The translations under genes and the position numbers were made by a program. Positions 54,157 to 62,132 of a DNA stretch of 64,000 nt are shown here, piece after piece (within the stretch, counting starts at the first letter, position 1; the number at the start of each line of letters is the position of its first letter). The notes under the pieces were generated by a model. That model saw nothing but the letters and a program-made list of their open reading frames with translations, did no database searches and was not told the origin of the DNA. The stretch is from an uncultured Acidobacteriota bacterium. Its GTDB lineage: Bacteria > Acidobacteriota > Thermoanaerobaculia > UBA5066. Location: positions 1,664,001 to 1,728,000 of the forward strand of contig CAVZYA010000002.1 of assembly GCA_963779415.1 (NCBI GenBank), given 5' to 3'.

Positions 54157-56955
54157 GTGAGACACCGCACCTGGAAGGACGAGCTTGCAACCCTCCTGAT
54201 CGCCACGGGAGCGCAGTTCGTCGTTCTCCGGGTGGCCGACTGGGCCAAGGCGAACGGCGGGACGGACGAAATGGCCACCCGGCTCGTCGGGTACCGGTTT
54301 TTCTTCCTGCCACAGATCCTCGCGGTCGCGCTCGTCGTCCTCTTCATCCGGCTCGTCCGGAGCCTTCTCGACTTCCGGGGGGTCCGCCTGCGCGACTGGA
54401 TCCGCTCCTCGGCGGTCCTCGTCGGCTTCGCCGTCGTCCTCGTTCCGGCGGCCCATCTCGACCAGGTTCTCGGGTTTCTCGGGGGGACGCTCGGCATTTC
54501 TGCGGTCGAGTCCGTCCGGCAGGCCGTCGCCTCGGCGGACTTCTACGTCCTCCTCGGGCGAAACGCCGTCCTCCGTCTCGCCCTCGACCTCGTCGCCGTC
54601 CTCGTCGTCCTCGCCGCGCTCCGGTTCGTCCGGCCGGCGTCTCCCGACCGCGTCGCCGCACGCGATGCCGCCCACGCGGGGGACTACATTCGCGCGGGCG
54701 ATCTCTACCTGAAGTCGGGCGACGTCCCGCGTGCCCGGCAGATGTTCCGGAAGGGAGCGGCGTGGGGGCGCCTCGCGGTGCTCGCCGAGCGCGACGGAAA
54801 GGAGAAGGATGCGGCCGCGCTCTACGAGAAGGGAGGCGACGCGTACGCATTCGAGGCCGCCCGCGCGTGGGAGGCGGCCGGGGAAGCGGCGCGCGCGAAG
54901 GCCCTTTTCGAGGTCGCCACCAGCGCGGCGCGCGCCGGGGCCCGCTGGGACCGTCTCGCGGAGGTGGCCGAGGCGACGGGAGATCAGGTCGTCCTCGCGG
55001 AGGCGTGCCGCCGGCTCGCCGAGGGACAGCCGACCGGACCCGTTCGCGCGACACTCTGGAGGCGGTCCGCCGAGGCGTCGCGCGCCGCAGGCCGGCCGGT
55101 CGAGGCCGCCGAGGCGTTCCGACAGGCGCAGGAGTTCGAGAAGGCCGGGGAGATGTATCTCGAGGCGTCCCGACCGGTCGATGCCGTGAAGGCGTTCGAG
55201 CGGAGCGGGGCCCTGAGCCGCGCCGCCGCGGCGGCGGCCGCTGCGGGGGACAGCCGCGCGGCCCAGGAGCTCGCCGCTCGCGAGGCCGAATCGCGGGGAG
55301 ACGCGATGGCCGCGGCGGAAGCGTGGTGGAAGGCGGGCCAGGCTCACAGGGCCGCGACGCTCTACGAGCGGGCCGGGGCTCTTCCCAAGGCGGCCGAGGC
55401 GTGGCAGGAAGCGGGGCGGGCGGACCGTGCGGCCTCGCTCTGGGAGAAGGCGGGAGAGGACTCCCGCGCCGCGGCGGCGTGGGAGGCGGCAGGAAAGCCC
55501 GAATCGGCTGCGGGGCTCTGGGCGAAGCTGGGGAACTTCGAGAAGGCGACGGCGCTCTACAAGGCGGCGGGCCGCCTCCCGCTCGCGGCGGACGCCCTTC
55601 GCGGCGCGGGCCGGAACGAGGAAGCGGCGGCGATCTACTCGCGCGTCGGGCGGAATCTGGACGCGGCCCGGTGCCTGATCGCGGCGGGGCGTCGCGAGAA
55701 GGCGTGGGACGAGCTCGTCACGGCGCCGCGCAACGAGACGGGGGTCACGGAGGCGTTCCACGAGCTGGCCGAAGCGCACCTCGCGGTCGGGGAGGCGCTC
55801 GACGCGGCGCACGTGATGCGGGAGCTTCTGGGACGGAGTCCCGTCACGGCCGCGAACATCGGGTACTACCGGACGTTCCTCCGGGCGCTCCGCGAAGCCG
55901 GAGACCCGTCGGAAGGGGCCGAGCTCCGGCGCGCCGCGGCGTTCGATCCGTCCGTGCTCGAAGGGAACCCGCTCGTGCCGATCCCCGATTCGGCTGGCGA
56001 GCCGGACGAGGAGCTCTCGATGCCCCCCTCCCTCCTCCGGACGCCGCCCGCTGTCGACCGGCCTCCAGGCCGGCTCGCGATCCGCCCGTCGGGCAGCACC
56101 ATTCCGGCTTTCTCGACTCCGACCGACTCCGCCCCGCGCCCCGCCATTCCGCTCGGCACGCCCGAGCGCGTCGAAGAGCGTTACGAGATCCTGGCCGAGC
56201 TGGGGCGGGGAGGGATGGGCGTCGTCCACAAGGCGCTCGACCGGAAGCTCGACCGGTACGTCGCGCTGAAGATCCTGCCGTGGCAGCTCCGGAGCGACGA
56301 GACGGCGATGCGCTACTTCATCCGCGAGGCCAAGGCGATCGCGGCGCTCCGCCATCCGAACATCGTGGCGCTCTACGACTACGGCGAGGGATTCGGGAGC
56401 CTCTACCTCGCCATGGAATACCTCGCGGGGCCGAATCTCCAGAAGCTGATGAAGTCCGAGCCGGAGCGCCTCCGCCGCCACTGGCGCGAGTGGTTCGTCC
56501 AGTCGGCGCGGGGGATCGCCGCCGCGCACGCGAAGGGGATCCTGCACCGGGACCTGAAGCCGGCGAACCTGCAGCTCGACGAGCACGACATCATCCGGAT
56601 CCTCGATTTCGGTCTCGCGCTGCCGCAGGCGGACGCGGGGGGGACCTCGAAGCTGATCGGGAGCCCGGCGTTCTTCCCGCCCGATGTCCTCCGCGGGGAG
56701 CTCGCGAGCCCGGCCTCCGACATCTACTCGCTCGGGGCCGCGTTCTACACGCTCGCGACGGGGCGCTGGCCCTACGTCGGCGACGACGTCCTCGTCGCGC
56801 GTCTCGAGCGCGACCCGGACGATCCGCGCCCCTACGCGCCTTTCCTCTCCGAGGGTGAGGTGGAGATCCTCCTCAAGTGCCTCGCCCGGCACCGCCCTGA
56901 CCGCTATCCCGACGGCGGCGAGCTCCTCGGCGCGCTTCTCTCGCTCGAGGGGTGA
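54157..56955 (+). CDS. membrane-anchored Ser/Thr kinase with a long helical-repeat region
   Basis: about 4 N-terminal TMs, many AAxLY/WExAG repeats, LGRGGMG, VALK, HRDLKPAN, DFG. Confidence 0.85.
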   Translation: MRHRTWKDELATLLIATGAQFVVLRVADWAKANGGTDEMATRLVGYRFFFLPQILAVALVVLFIRLVRSLLDFRGVRLRDWIRSSAVLVGFAVVLVPAAHLDQVLGFLGGTLGISAVESVRQAVASADFYVLLGRNAVLRLALDLVAVLVVLAALRFVRPASPDRVAARDAAHAGDYIRAGDLYLKSGDVPRARQMFRKGAAWGRLAVLAERDGKEKDAAALYEKGGDAYAFEAARAWEAAGEAARAKALFEVATSAARAGARWDRLAEVAEATGDQVVLAEACRRLAEGQPTGPVRATLWRRSAEASRAAGRPVEAAEAFRQAQEFEKAGEMYLEASRPVDAVKAFERSGALSRAAAAAAAAGDSRAAQELAAREAESRGDAMAAAEAWWKAGQAHRAATLYERAGALPKAAEAWQEAGRADRAASLWEKAGEDSRAAAAWEAAGKPESAAGLWAKLGNFEKATALYKAAGRLPLAADALRGAGRNEEAAAIYSRVGRNLDAARCLIAAGRREKAWDELVTAPRNETGVTEAFHELAEAHLAVGEALDAAHVMRELLGRSPVTAANIGYYRTFLRALREAGDPSEGAELRRAAAFDPSVLEGNPLVPIPDSAGEPDEELSMPPSLLRTPPAVDRPPGRLAIRPSGSTIPAFSTPTDSAPRPAIPLGTPERVEERYEILAELGRGGMGVVHKALDRKLDRYVALKILPWQLRSDETAMRYFIREAKAIAALRHPNIVALYDYGEGFGSLYLAMEYLAGPNLQKLMKSEPERLRRHWREWFVQSARGIAAAHAKGILHRDLKPANLQLDEHDIIRILDFGLALPQADAGGTSKLIGSPAFFPPDVLRGELASPASDIYSLGAAFYTLATGRWPYVGDDVLVARLERDPDDPRPYAPFLSEGEVEILLKCLARHRPDRYPDGGELLGALLSLEG

Positions 56956-57122
56956 CGACGCGTTCCCGGCGCGCCAGACATCGGATCTCTGATGCCGTGG
57001 GGGATAGAATCCCCGCAGTAACACGATCCTGACGGGCCGCCGGATCACGCGCCGCCGCGACCGGGTTCGGGTCGAGAGGCTGTGATGAGGTACGGCGCGG
57101 CGGGTCCCATAAATACGGTAAT

Positions 57123-57377
57123 ATGGCTTCCCATATGAAGACGACGGTCGAGCTTCCGGACGAGCTTCTGATCGCCGCGAAGAAACGGGCGGCGGAGACC
57201 CGGACCTCGCTGAAGGTGATCCTCTCCCGCGGACTGCAGCGGGAGCTGGCGCGACCGGCGCCGGCTCCGGCCCGAAGGCGGCGGGTTCGCTGGGTCACCG
57301 TGGAGGGCGGGCTCCCTCCCGGCTTGGACCTCTCGGACCGGGAGGCGATGCACCGGTTCATCCGTCGCGAACCGTGA
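57123..57377 (+). CDS. VapB-like antitoxin
   Basis: MKTTVELPDELL..AK RHH start; overlaps the PIN gene. Confidence 0.82.
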   Translation: MASHMKTTVELPDELLIAAKKRAAETRTSLKVILSRGLQRELARPAPAPARRRRVRWVTVEGGLPPGLDLSDREAMHRFIRREP

Positions 57378-57802
57378 TCGCGGTCGACACGAACATCCTC
57401 GTCTATGCCCACCGGGCCCGCGTCCCCGAGCACCGGGCGGCACTCCGGGCTCTCGAGCGCGCGCGGCGAGACCCGCGCGGCTGGGGGGTCGCCCTGAGAA
57501 GTGTCGTCGAGTTCTGGAGTGTCGTCACGCATCCCGCTGCGAGGGGACGGCCGTCATCGCCGGCCGAGGCCCATGCCTTCTTCGAGACGCTGACGAGGGA
57601 CGCGGGCGGGCGAGTCTGGCTGCCCGGGGAGAGGTTCCGCGAACACCTGCTCGCCCTCGCCGCGCGGCTTGAGGTTCGAGGACCGAGGATCTTCGACCTC
57701 GAGATCGCGCTGACGGCCTTCGAAAACGGCGCCTCGGAGCTCTGGACCCTCGATGGGCACTTCGTGACGGTCCCCGGCCTCGAGGTCCGCCGGCCGTTCT
57801 GA
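57374..57802 (+). CDS. VapC PIN-domain toxin
   Basis: IAVDTNILVYA, EFWSVVT, IFDLEIA, WTLDGHF. Confidence 0.88.
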   Translation: MIAVDTNILVYAHRARVPEHRAALRALERARRDPRGWGVALRSVVEFWSVVTHPAARGRPSSPAEAHAFFETLTRDAGGRVWLPGERFREHLLALAARLEVRGPRIFDLEIALTAFENGASELWTLDGHFVTVPGLEVRRPF

Positions 57803-57944
57803 CGCGACTTAGCCGTTTATCGCTTCAAAGGGGACGGCGGCTTGGCCTCTTTCCCTGACCGGCGTGCGAAGAGTCGCGCGCCGGTTCACCTGCATCATGG
57901 AGGGGCGCTCCGGGACGGCCGGATATTGGAATCCGAGGTGCACC

Positions 57945-58382
57945 ATGCCTGACCTCCTGAAGAGAGCTTCGAAGCCGGTCGTCTGCGTGGACGGGAAGGT
58001 CTCCGTCGAGGAGGCGGTCCGGACGATGGTCGAGCGGAAGATCGGCGCCGTCGTCGTGACGGAGAAGGGGCGCGTCGCCGGCATCTTCTCCGAGCGCGAC
58101 CTGATGCAGCGCGTCGTCCTCAAGAAGCTCGACCCGGTGAAGACTTCCGTCGCGAAGGTGATGACGGCGCCGGTCGTCAGCGCCTCCGTGGACGGCGACG
58201 AGGAGGAGGCGGTCGCGGCGATGGTCGAGAAGCACATCCGCCACGTCCCGGTCGTCGACCGGCGGAAGCACCCGGTGGGGATGCTCTCCTTCCGCGATGT
58301 CATGCGGAGCCGCGTCGACGACCTGAAGCACGAGGTGCAGGCGCTCGAGGCGTACCTCGGCTACGACGGCGTCTCGGGCTGA
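57945..58382 (+). CDS. CBS-domain protein
   Basis: IGAVVV, GIFSERDL, VMT, IRHVPVVD. Confidence 0.9.
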   Translation: MPDLLKRASKPVVCVDGKVSVEEAVRTMVERKIGAVVVTEKGRVAGIFSERDLMQRVVLKKLDPVKTSVAKVMTAPVVSASVDGDEEEAVAAMVEKHIRHVPVVDRRKHPVGMLSFRDVMRSRVDDLKHEVQALEAYLGYDGVSG

Positions 58383-58384
58383 CC

Positions 58385-58774
58385 GTGGAGATCCGATTCC
58401 CGGGAGGCGCCGTGGTCGAGGCGCTCACCCGGGGCCTCACGATCCGGACCGACCAGCCGCTCGAAGACGGCGGGACGAACTCGGCGGCCTCCCCGTTCGA
58501 CCTCTTCCTCGCCTCCCTTGGGACGTGCGCCGGGTACTACGCGCTCGGCTTCTGCAGGGAGCGGTCGATTCCGACGGACGGTCTCGCTCTCACGCTCACG
58601 ACCGAGCGGGACGAGATTCGGAGGCGTCTCGCGAAGATCCGGATCGAGATCCGCCTTCCGGAGGGCTTTCCCGAGAAGTATAAGGGCGCGATCCTCCGGG
58701 CCGTCGACCAGTGCAGCGTCAAGCGCCACGTCGTCGAGGCGCCCGCGTTCGAGGTCGTCACGGTCGACGAGTAG
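58385..58774 (+). CDS. OsmC family protein
   Basis: TDQP...GG..SPFDLFLASLGTC...CSVK. Confidence 0.9.
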   Translation: MEIRFPGGAVVEALTRGLTIRTDQPLEDGGTNSAASPFDLFLASLGTCAGYYALGFCRERSIPTDGLALTLTTERDEIRRRLAKIRIEIRLPEGFPEKYKGAILRAVDQCSVKRHVVEAPAFEVVTVDE

Positions 58775-59150
58775 CGTCTCCGGATCGGGGTGGGCCGCCC
58801 GCGCTCTCCGGCGTCTCGAGGCCGTAGCGTTTTCGCAGCCGGGCGGTTTCGAAGACGAGCGCCGAGAGTGCCGTCAGGAGCGTGACGGCGCCGAGGATGA
58901 CCGCGAGACGCGTCCAGGGCTGGCCGAGGTCTCGACGGAGGTGGACGAAGAAGACCGTCGTCCGAAGCCACTCCGCGGTCCCGAGAGCGAGAGCGGCCTG
59001 GAGAGTCCGCGCGGCCCACGGCCTCGGCACCGCGAGAAACGTGAAAAGGAGAAGGGACAGCGCCGCGGCAGGGAGGTTTCCGGCGCGATAGAAGTGGGCT
59101 CCGAGAACAAGGAGAGAGAGAGCGGGCGGGAGGACGAGAAGAGCGGTCAC
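58758..59150 (-). CDS. hypothetical membrane protein (about 4 TM)
   Basis: hydrophobic ORF with LGAHF and GQPWTRL. Confidence 0.65.
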   Translation of the reverse strand: MTALLVLPPALSLLVLGAHFYRAGNLPAAALSLLLFTFLAVPRPWAARTLQAALALGTAEWLRTTVFFVHLRRDLGQPWTRLAVILGAVTLLTALSALVFETARLRKRYGLETPESAGGPPRSGDATRRP

Positions 59151-59153
59151 CGT

Positions 59154-59510
59154 TCACGCCTCCCGCGGCGAAGGCGAGCGCCGCGGCCGGTCCGGCGCCT
59201 TCCGCCGTCCGTCGACGACGTGCATGAGCGCGAGGTACGGGTGCCGGAGGATCATCCGCGGCCCGGCGTACTTCATGACGACGCGGATCCGCTCCCGCAT
59301 CGTCTGCTGATAGCAATGGATCGGGCAGTTGACGCAGGTCGGCTTCGTCTCGCCGTAGGGGCAGCGCTCGAGGCGCTTTTCGGCATAGGCCTCGAGCTCG
59401 TCGCACTCCGTGCAAAGACGGGCCGCCGGATGGTGGCGGTCCGCGCAGTGAAGCGCGATCATCGTCCGAATCGTCTTCCACTCGCGGGCGTTCCGGCGTC
59501 TCGGACTCAT
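59154..59510 (-). CDS. YgbA-like (nitrous oxide-stimulated promoter family) Cys-rich protein
   Basis: E.KTI..MI.LHC...H, CTEC..L..YA..RL..CP...KPTC..CP.HCY, GPRM...HP. Confidence 0.85.
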   Translation of the reverse strand: MSPRRRNAREWKTIRTMIALHCADRHHPAARLCTECDELEAYAEKRLERCPYGETKPTCVNCPIHCYQQTMRERIRVVMKYAGPRMILRHPYLALMHVVDGRRKAPDRPRRSPSPREA

Positions 59511-59581
59511 CCGGCGCCCATTCTAGAAACGTGGAGAGCCGCGCGGTATGACGCGCGTCAGGTGAGCCCGGGATCGGCCCT

Positions 59582-59884
59582 TCAGCTCTTCGTCGTGTGG
59601 CAGATGTCCTGCGGCTCGGTGACCATCCCGTCCGAGAGGAGCTCGGTCGTCTGCACGTGAACCACGATGCGGGAGCCGTCGTCCGTGGTGTGCTCGATGC
59701 CGGTCCTGCCGCAGAGAGGGCATGTGGCGACCGGTCCCTCCAGAGGCACGTCCATGCCGGGGGCCAGTCTCGCGAAGTTCTGCACCGTGACGATCCGCTC
59801 GCCGGGGCCCGTGCACTCGGGGGTCCGGTCGGGGCAGTCGATGAGCTGGCAGATGAACCCGGTCTTTTTCGCCGCCGTCAACAT
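59582..59884 (-). CDS. small hypothetical Cys/His-rich protein
   Basis: RBS GAGGAG; CQLIDC..PEC, CPLCG, H, C-terminal ICH. Confidence 0.6.
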   Translation of the reverse strand: MLTAAKKTGFICQLIDCPDRTPECTGPGERIVTVQNFARLAPGMDVPLEGPVATCPLCGRTGIEHTTDDGSRIVVHVQTTELLSDGMVTEPQDICHTTKS

Positions 59885-59934
59885 CGCCTTCTCCTCTCGT
59901 ACAGCGTAGGTCCGGGGCCGTCGGGAATCGCTGA

Positions 59935-60753
59935 TCAAGATGCACCATCGGCCGGAACGAGAATCCGTCCGCCGACGAGCGTCCGGAAGAGCGCGGTGAG
60001 CGCGCGGGGGGAGAGGTCGCGGCGATGGCGGGCCGGGAGCCCGTCCAGCGCTGCGGCGAGCGTTCGGCCGGCCGCGAGCGCCGAGACGAGCGCGAACGCG
60101 CCCGGCGAGAGATCCAGCCGCCTTACGGCGAAGCCGCGCCGGAAGAGGAGCGACGACGTGAGGCGCGGGCGCGGCCTTCGGCGGGGCGAGCGTCCTTCAC
60201 GCACGGTGTCGAGGTACGGCCCGACGGGATGGCCGAGCCGGAGGAGAGCGAGCGGCGTCGCGGAGCGGAACGTCGTGGCGGGACCGGGCGGCGCGACGCG
60301 TGCCGTGGCCGGAGCCGGGGCGACGGCGTCGAAGATCTCCGTGACGGTGTGTTCGAGTCGCGCGAGATCCGCGAGGAACCGGCGGTCCGGGCGGTGCGAG
60401 CGCGCGAGGTACTCCGGGACGTGGTCGCCGAGCCGGTTGAGCGTGTGGCTCCGCGACGGGTGCCGGGCGACGTAGGCGCAGACGAAGTCCGCGAATCCGT
60501 CCGGGCCGAGAGCGTGCGCGAGACCGGGGTAGTCGGCCGCGAGCGCCTCGCGCATCCGGAGGAGGTACATCCCCTGATAGATCCCGATCCGCTCCACCGC
60601 CGACAGCGCTCGCGACGGGCGGAGCACGTCCTCGGGCGTGGCACCCCGAAGCTCGCGGCGGGCCGCGCGCAAGGCCGCGGAACTCGTCTCGCCCGGATCG
60701 ACGACGACGCCCTGGACGAAGCGCTGAAGACGTCGAAGCGCTGGGTCAGCCAA
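59935..60753 (-). CDS. DUF2063-type MNIO partner protein
   Basis: L.RLQ, ERIGIYQGMY..R..EALAADYP, HPSRSHTL, DLARLE; overlaps the DUF692 gene. Confidence 0.85.
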   Translation of the reverse strand: MADPALRRLQRFVQGVVVDPGETSSAALRAARRELRGATPEDVLRPSRALSAVERIGIYQGMYLLRMREALAADYPGLAHALGPDGFADFVCAYVARHPSRSHTLNRLGDHVPEYLARSHRPDRRFLADLARLEHTVTEIFDAVAPAPATARVAPPGPATTFRSATPLALLRLGHPVGPYLDTVREGRSPRRRPRPRLTSSLLFRRGFAVRRLDLSPGAFALVSALAAGRTLAAALDGLPARHRRDLSPRALTALFRTLVGGRILVPADGAS

Positions 60754-61606
60754 CGGCGCTCCTCGGGACTCTCCCGGCCTTGCGGGGTCGGAAGGCGAGC
60801 GCCTTCATCGCCTCGGCGCGGACGACGGCGAAGGGAGGAATCTCCTCGTCCCACTCGAGAAGGGTCGAGACGGGTCCGATCCTCTCGAGAAGCCGCGCGT
60901 AGAGCCGCCAGACCTCGCTCACGACGTGGTCGCTGTGCGTGTCGAGGATGTAGTCCCCTTTGCGGGTGTGGCCGGCAAGGTGGACCTGGACCACCCGCCC
61001 GCCCGGGATCGCGTCGAGGTACGTCCCGGCGTCGAAACCGTGGTTGAAGGCGCTGACGAAGACGTTGTTCACGTCCAGAAGGAGGCCGCAGTCGGCCTCC
61101 TCGGCCATCCGGCCGATGAACTCCCACTCCGGCATCGAGCTCGAGGCGTACTCCATGTAGCTCGAGGGGTTCTCAAGGACGAGCGGGCGCCCGAGGAGGT
61201 CCGAGGCTTCCCGGATCCGCCGGACGACGTGGCGGAGCGTCGCCTCGTCGTACGGGATCGGAAGGAGGTCGTGCGTATTTCGTCCCGCGACGCCCGTGAA
61301 GCAGACGTGGTCCGAGACCCAGACCGCCTTCAACCGGTCGGCGAGGGCCCGGACCTTCGCGAGGTAGGCGCGGTCGAGCCGGTCCGTCCCGCCGATCGAG
61401 AGGGAGACGCCGTGGAGGACGACGGGATAGCGCTCCGCCACGAGGTCGAGGACCCGGAGCGGACGCCCCCCCGTGTCGAGGAAGTTCTCCGTGATGGCTT
61501 CGAACCAGTCGACGTCGGGCCACCGGCGGAGGAGCGTCGGGAAATGCGCCGTCCGGAGGCCGACGCCGATGCCGAGATCTGGGAGGTCGAATCGGTTCTC
61601 TTTCAC
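60746..61606 (-). CDS. DUF692 multinuclear non-heme iron oxidative enzyme (MNIO)
   Basis: GVGLR, FEAITENF, HGVSLSIG, SDHVCF, HDLLP, LENPSSY, LLDVNN, HLAGH, DTH, LLEWD. Confidence 0.95.
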   Translation of the reverse strand: MKENRFDLPDLGIGVGLRTAHFPTLLRRWPDVDWFEAITENFLDTGGRPLRVLDLVAERYPVVLHGVSLSIGGTDRLDRAYLAKVRALADRLKAVWVSDHVCFTGVAGRNTHDLLPIPYDEATLRHVVRRIREASDLLGRPLVLENPSSYMEYASSSMPEWEFIGRMAEEADCGLLLDVNNVFVSAFNHGFDAGTYLDAIPGGRVVQVHLAGHTRKGDYILDTHSDHVVSEVWRLYARLLERIGPVSTLLEWDEEIPPFAVVRAEAMKALAFRPRKAGRVPRSAVG

Positions 61607-61625
61607 GTGTCACCTCCCGGCCCGC

Positions 61626-61666
61626 CGGGGGGCGGAGGACCCCCCAAGCCCCTCCGCCCGCCCGGC
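61626..61666. terminator. GC-rich hairpin between the precursor and MNIO genes
   Basis: GGCGGAGG-N12-CCTCCGCC core with extended CCGG pairing. Confidence 0.55.
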
Positions 61667-61681
61667 GTCCGAGATCGCCGC

Positions 61682-62044
61682 TTACGCGGCCTTCTTGACC
61701 GGGACGGCGCAGCCGCCCTTTCCCTTGCACGAGTTCTTGCCGGCGCAGCCGTTGTCGCCGCTCTGGCAGCCCCCGAGCCCCTTGCACGTGTTCATTCCGG
61801 CGCAGCCGTGTTTCGCGGACTCCGAGGCGCAGCCCCCCTTTCCCTTGCACGAGTTCTTGCCGGCGCAGCCGTTGTCGCCGCTCTGACAGCCGCCCTTCCC
61901 CTTGCACGAGTTCTTGCCGGCGCAGATGTGCTTCTCCGGGCCGGACGCCGTCTTCGCCTTGTCGTCCGCCAGAAGAGTCTTGCCGGCCACGATGCCGGCG
62001 AAGGCGGCGCTGAGGGCCCGGGTCGTGAACTCGCGTCGATTCAT
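61682..62044 (-). CDS. Cys-rich RiPP precursor (bufferin/BufA2-like) with Tat-type signal
   Basis: MNRREF signal; four CAGxNxCKGxGGC repeats; strong RBS GAAGGAG; directly upstream of DUF692. Confidence 0.88.
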   Translation of the reverse strand: MNRREFTTRALSAAFAGIVAGKTLLADDKAKTASGPEKHICAGKNSCKGKGGCQSGDNGCAGKNSCKGKGGCASESAKHGCAGMNTCKGLGGCQSGDNGCAGKNSCKGKGGCAVPVKKAA

Positions 62045-62132
62045 GTCGTTCGTCTCCTTCTCTCTTGTTGAGATTGTATCTCTGTCTCTATTGGGCGGAT
62101 ATGCCGGGAGACGGCCGGACGTTTCGCAGGAC

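Noticed and set aside
56985-57095. Hammerhead ribozyme (CTGATG-like words)
   Set aside because: No complete CUGANGA plus GAAA core with the required stems could be assembled
61682-62044. Selenocysteine read-through or CRISPR-like array in the precursor repeats
   Set aside because: The ORF has no internal TGA and ends in TAA; the repeats are in-frame coding repeats with no unique spacers and no cas genes
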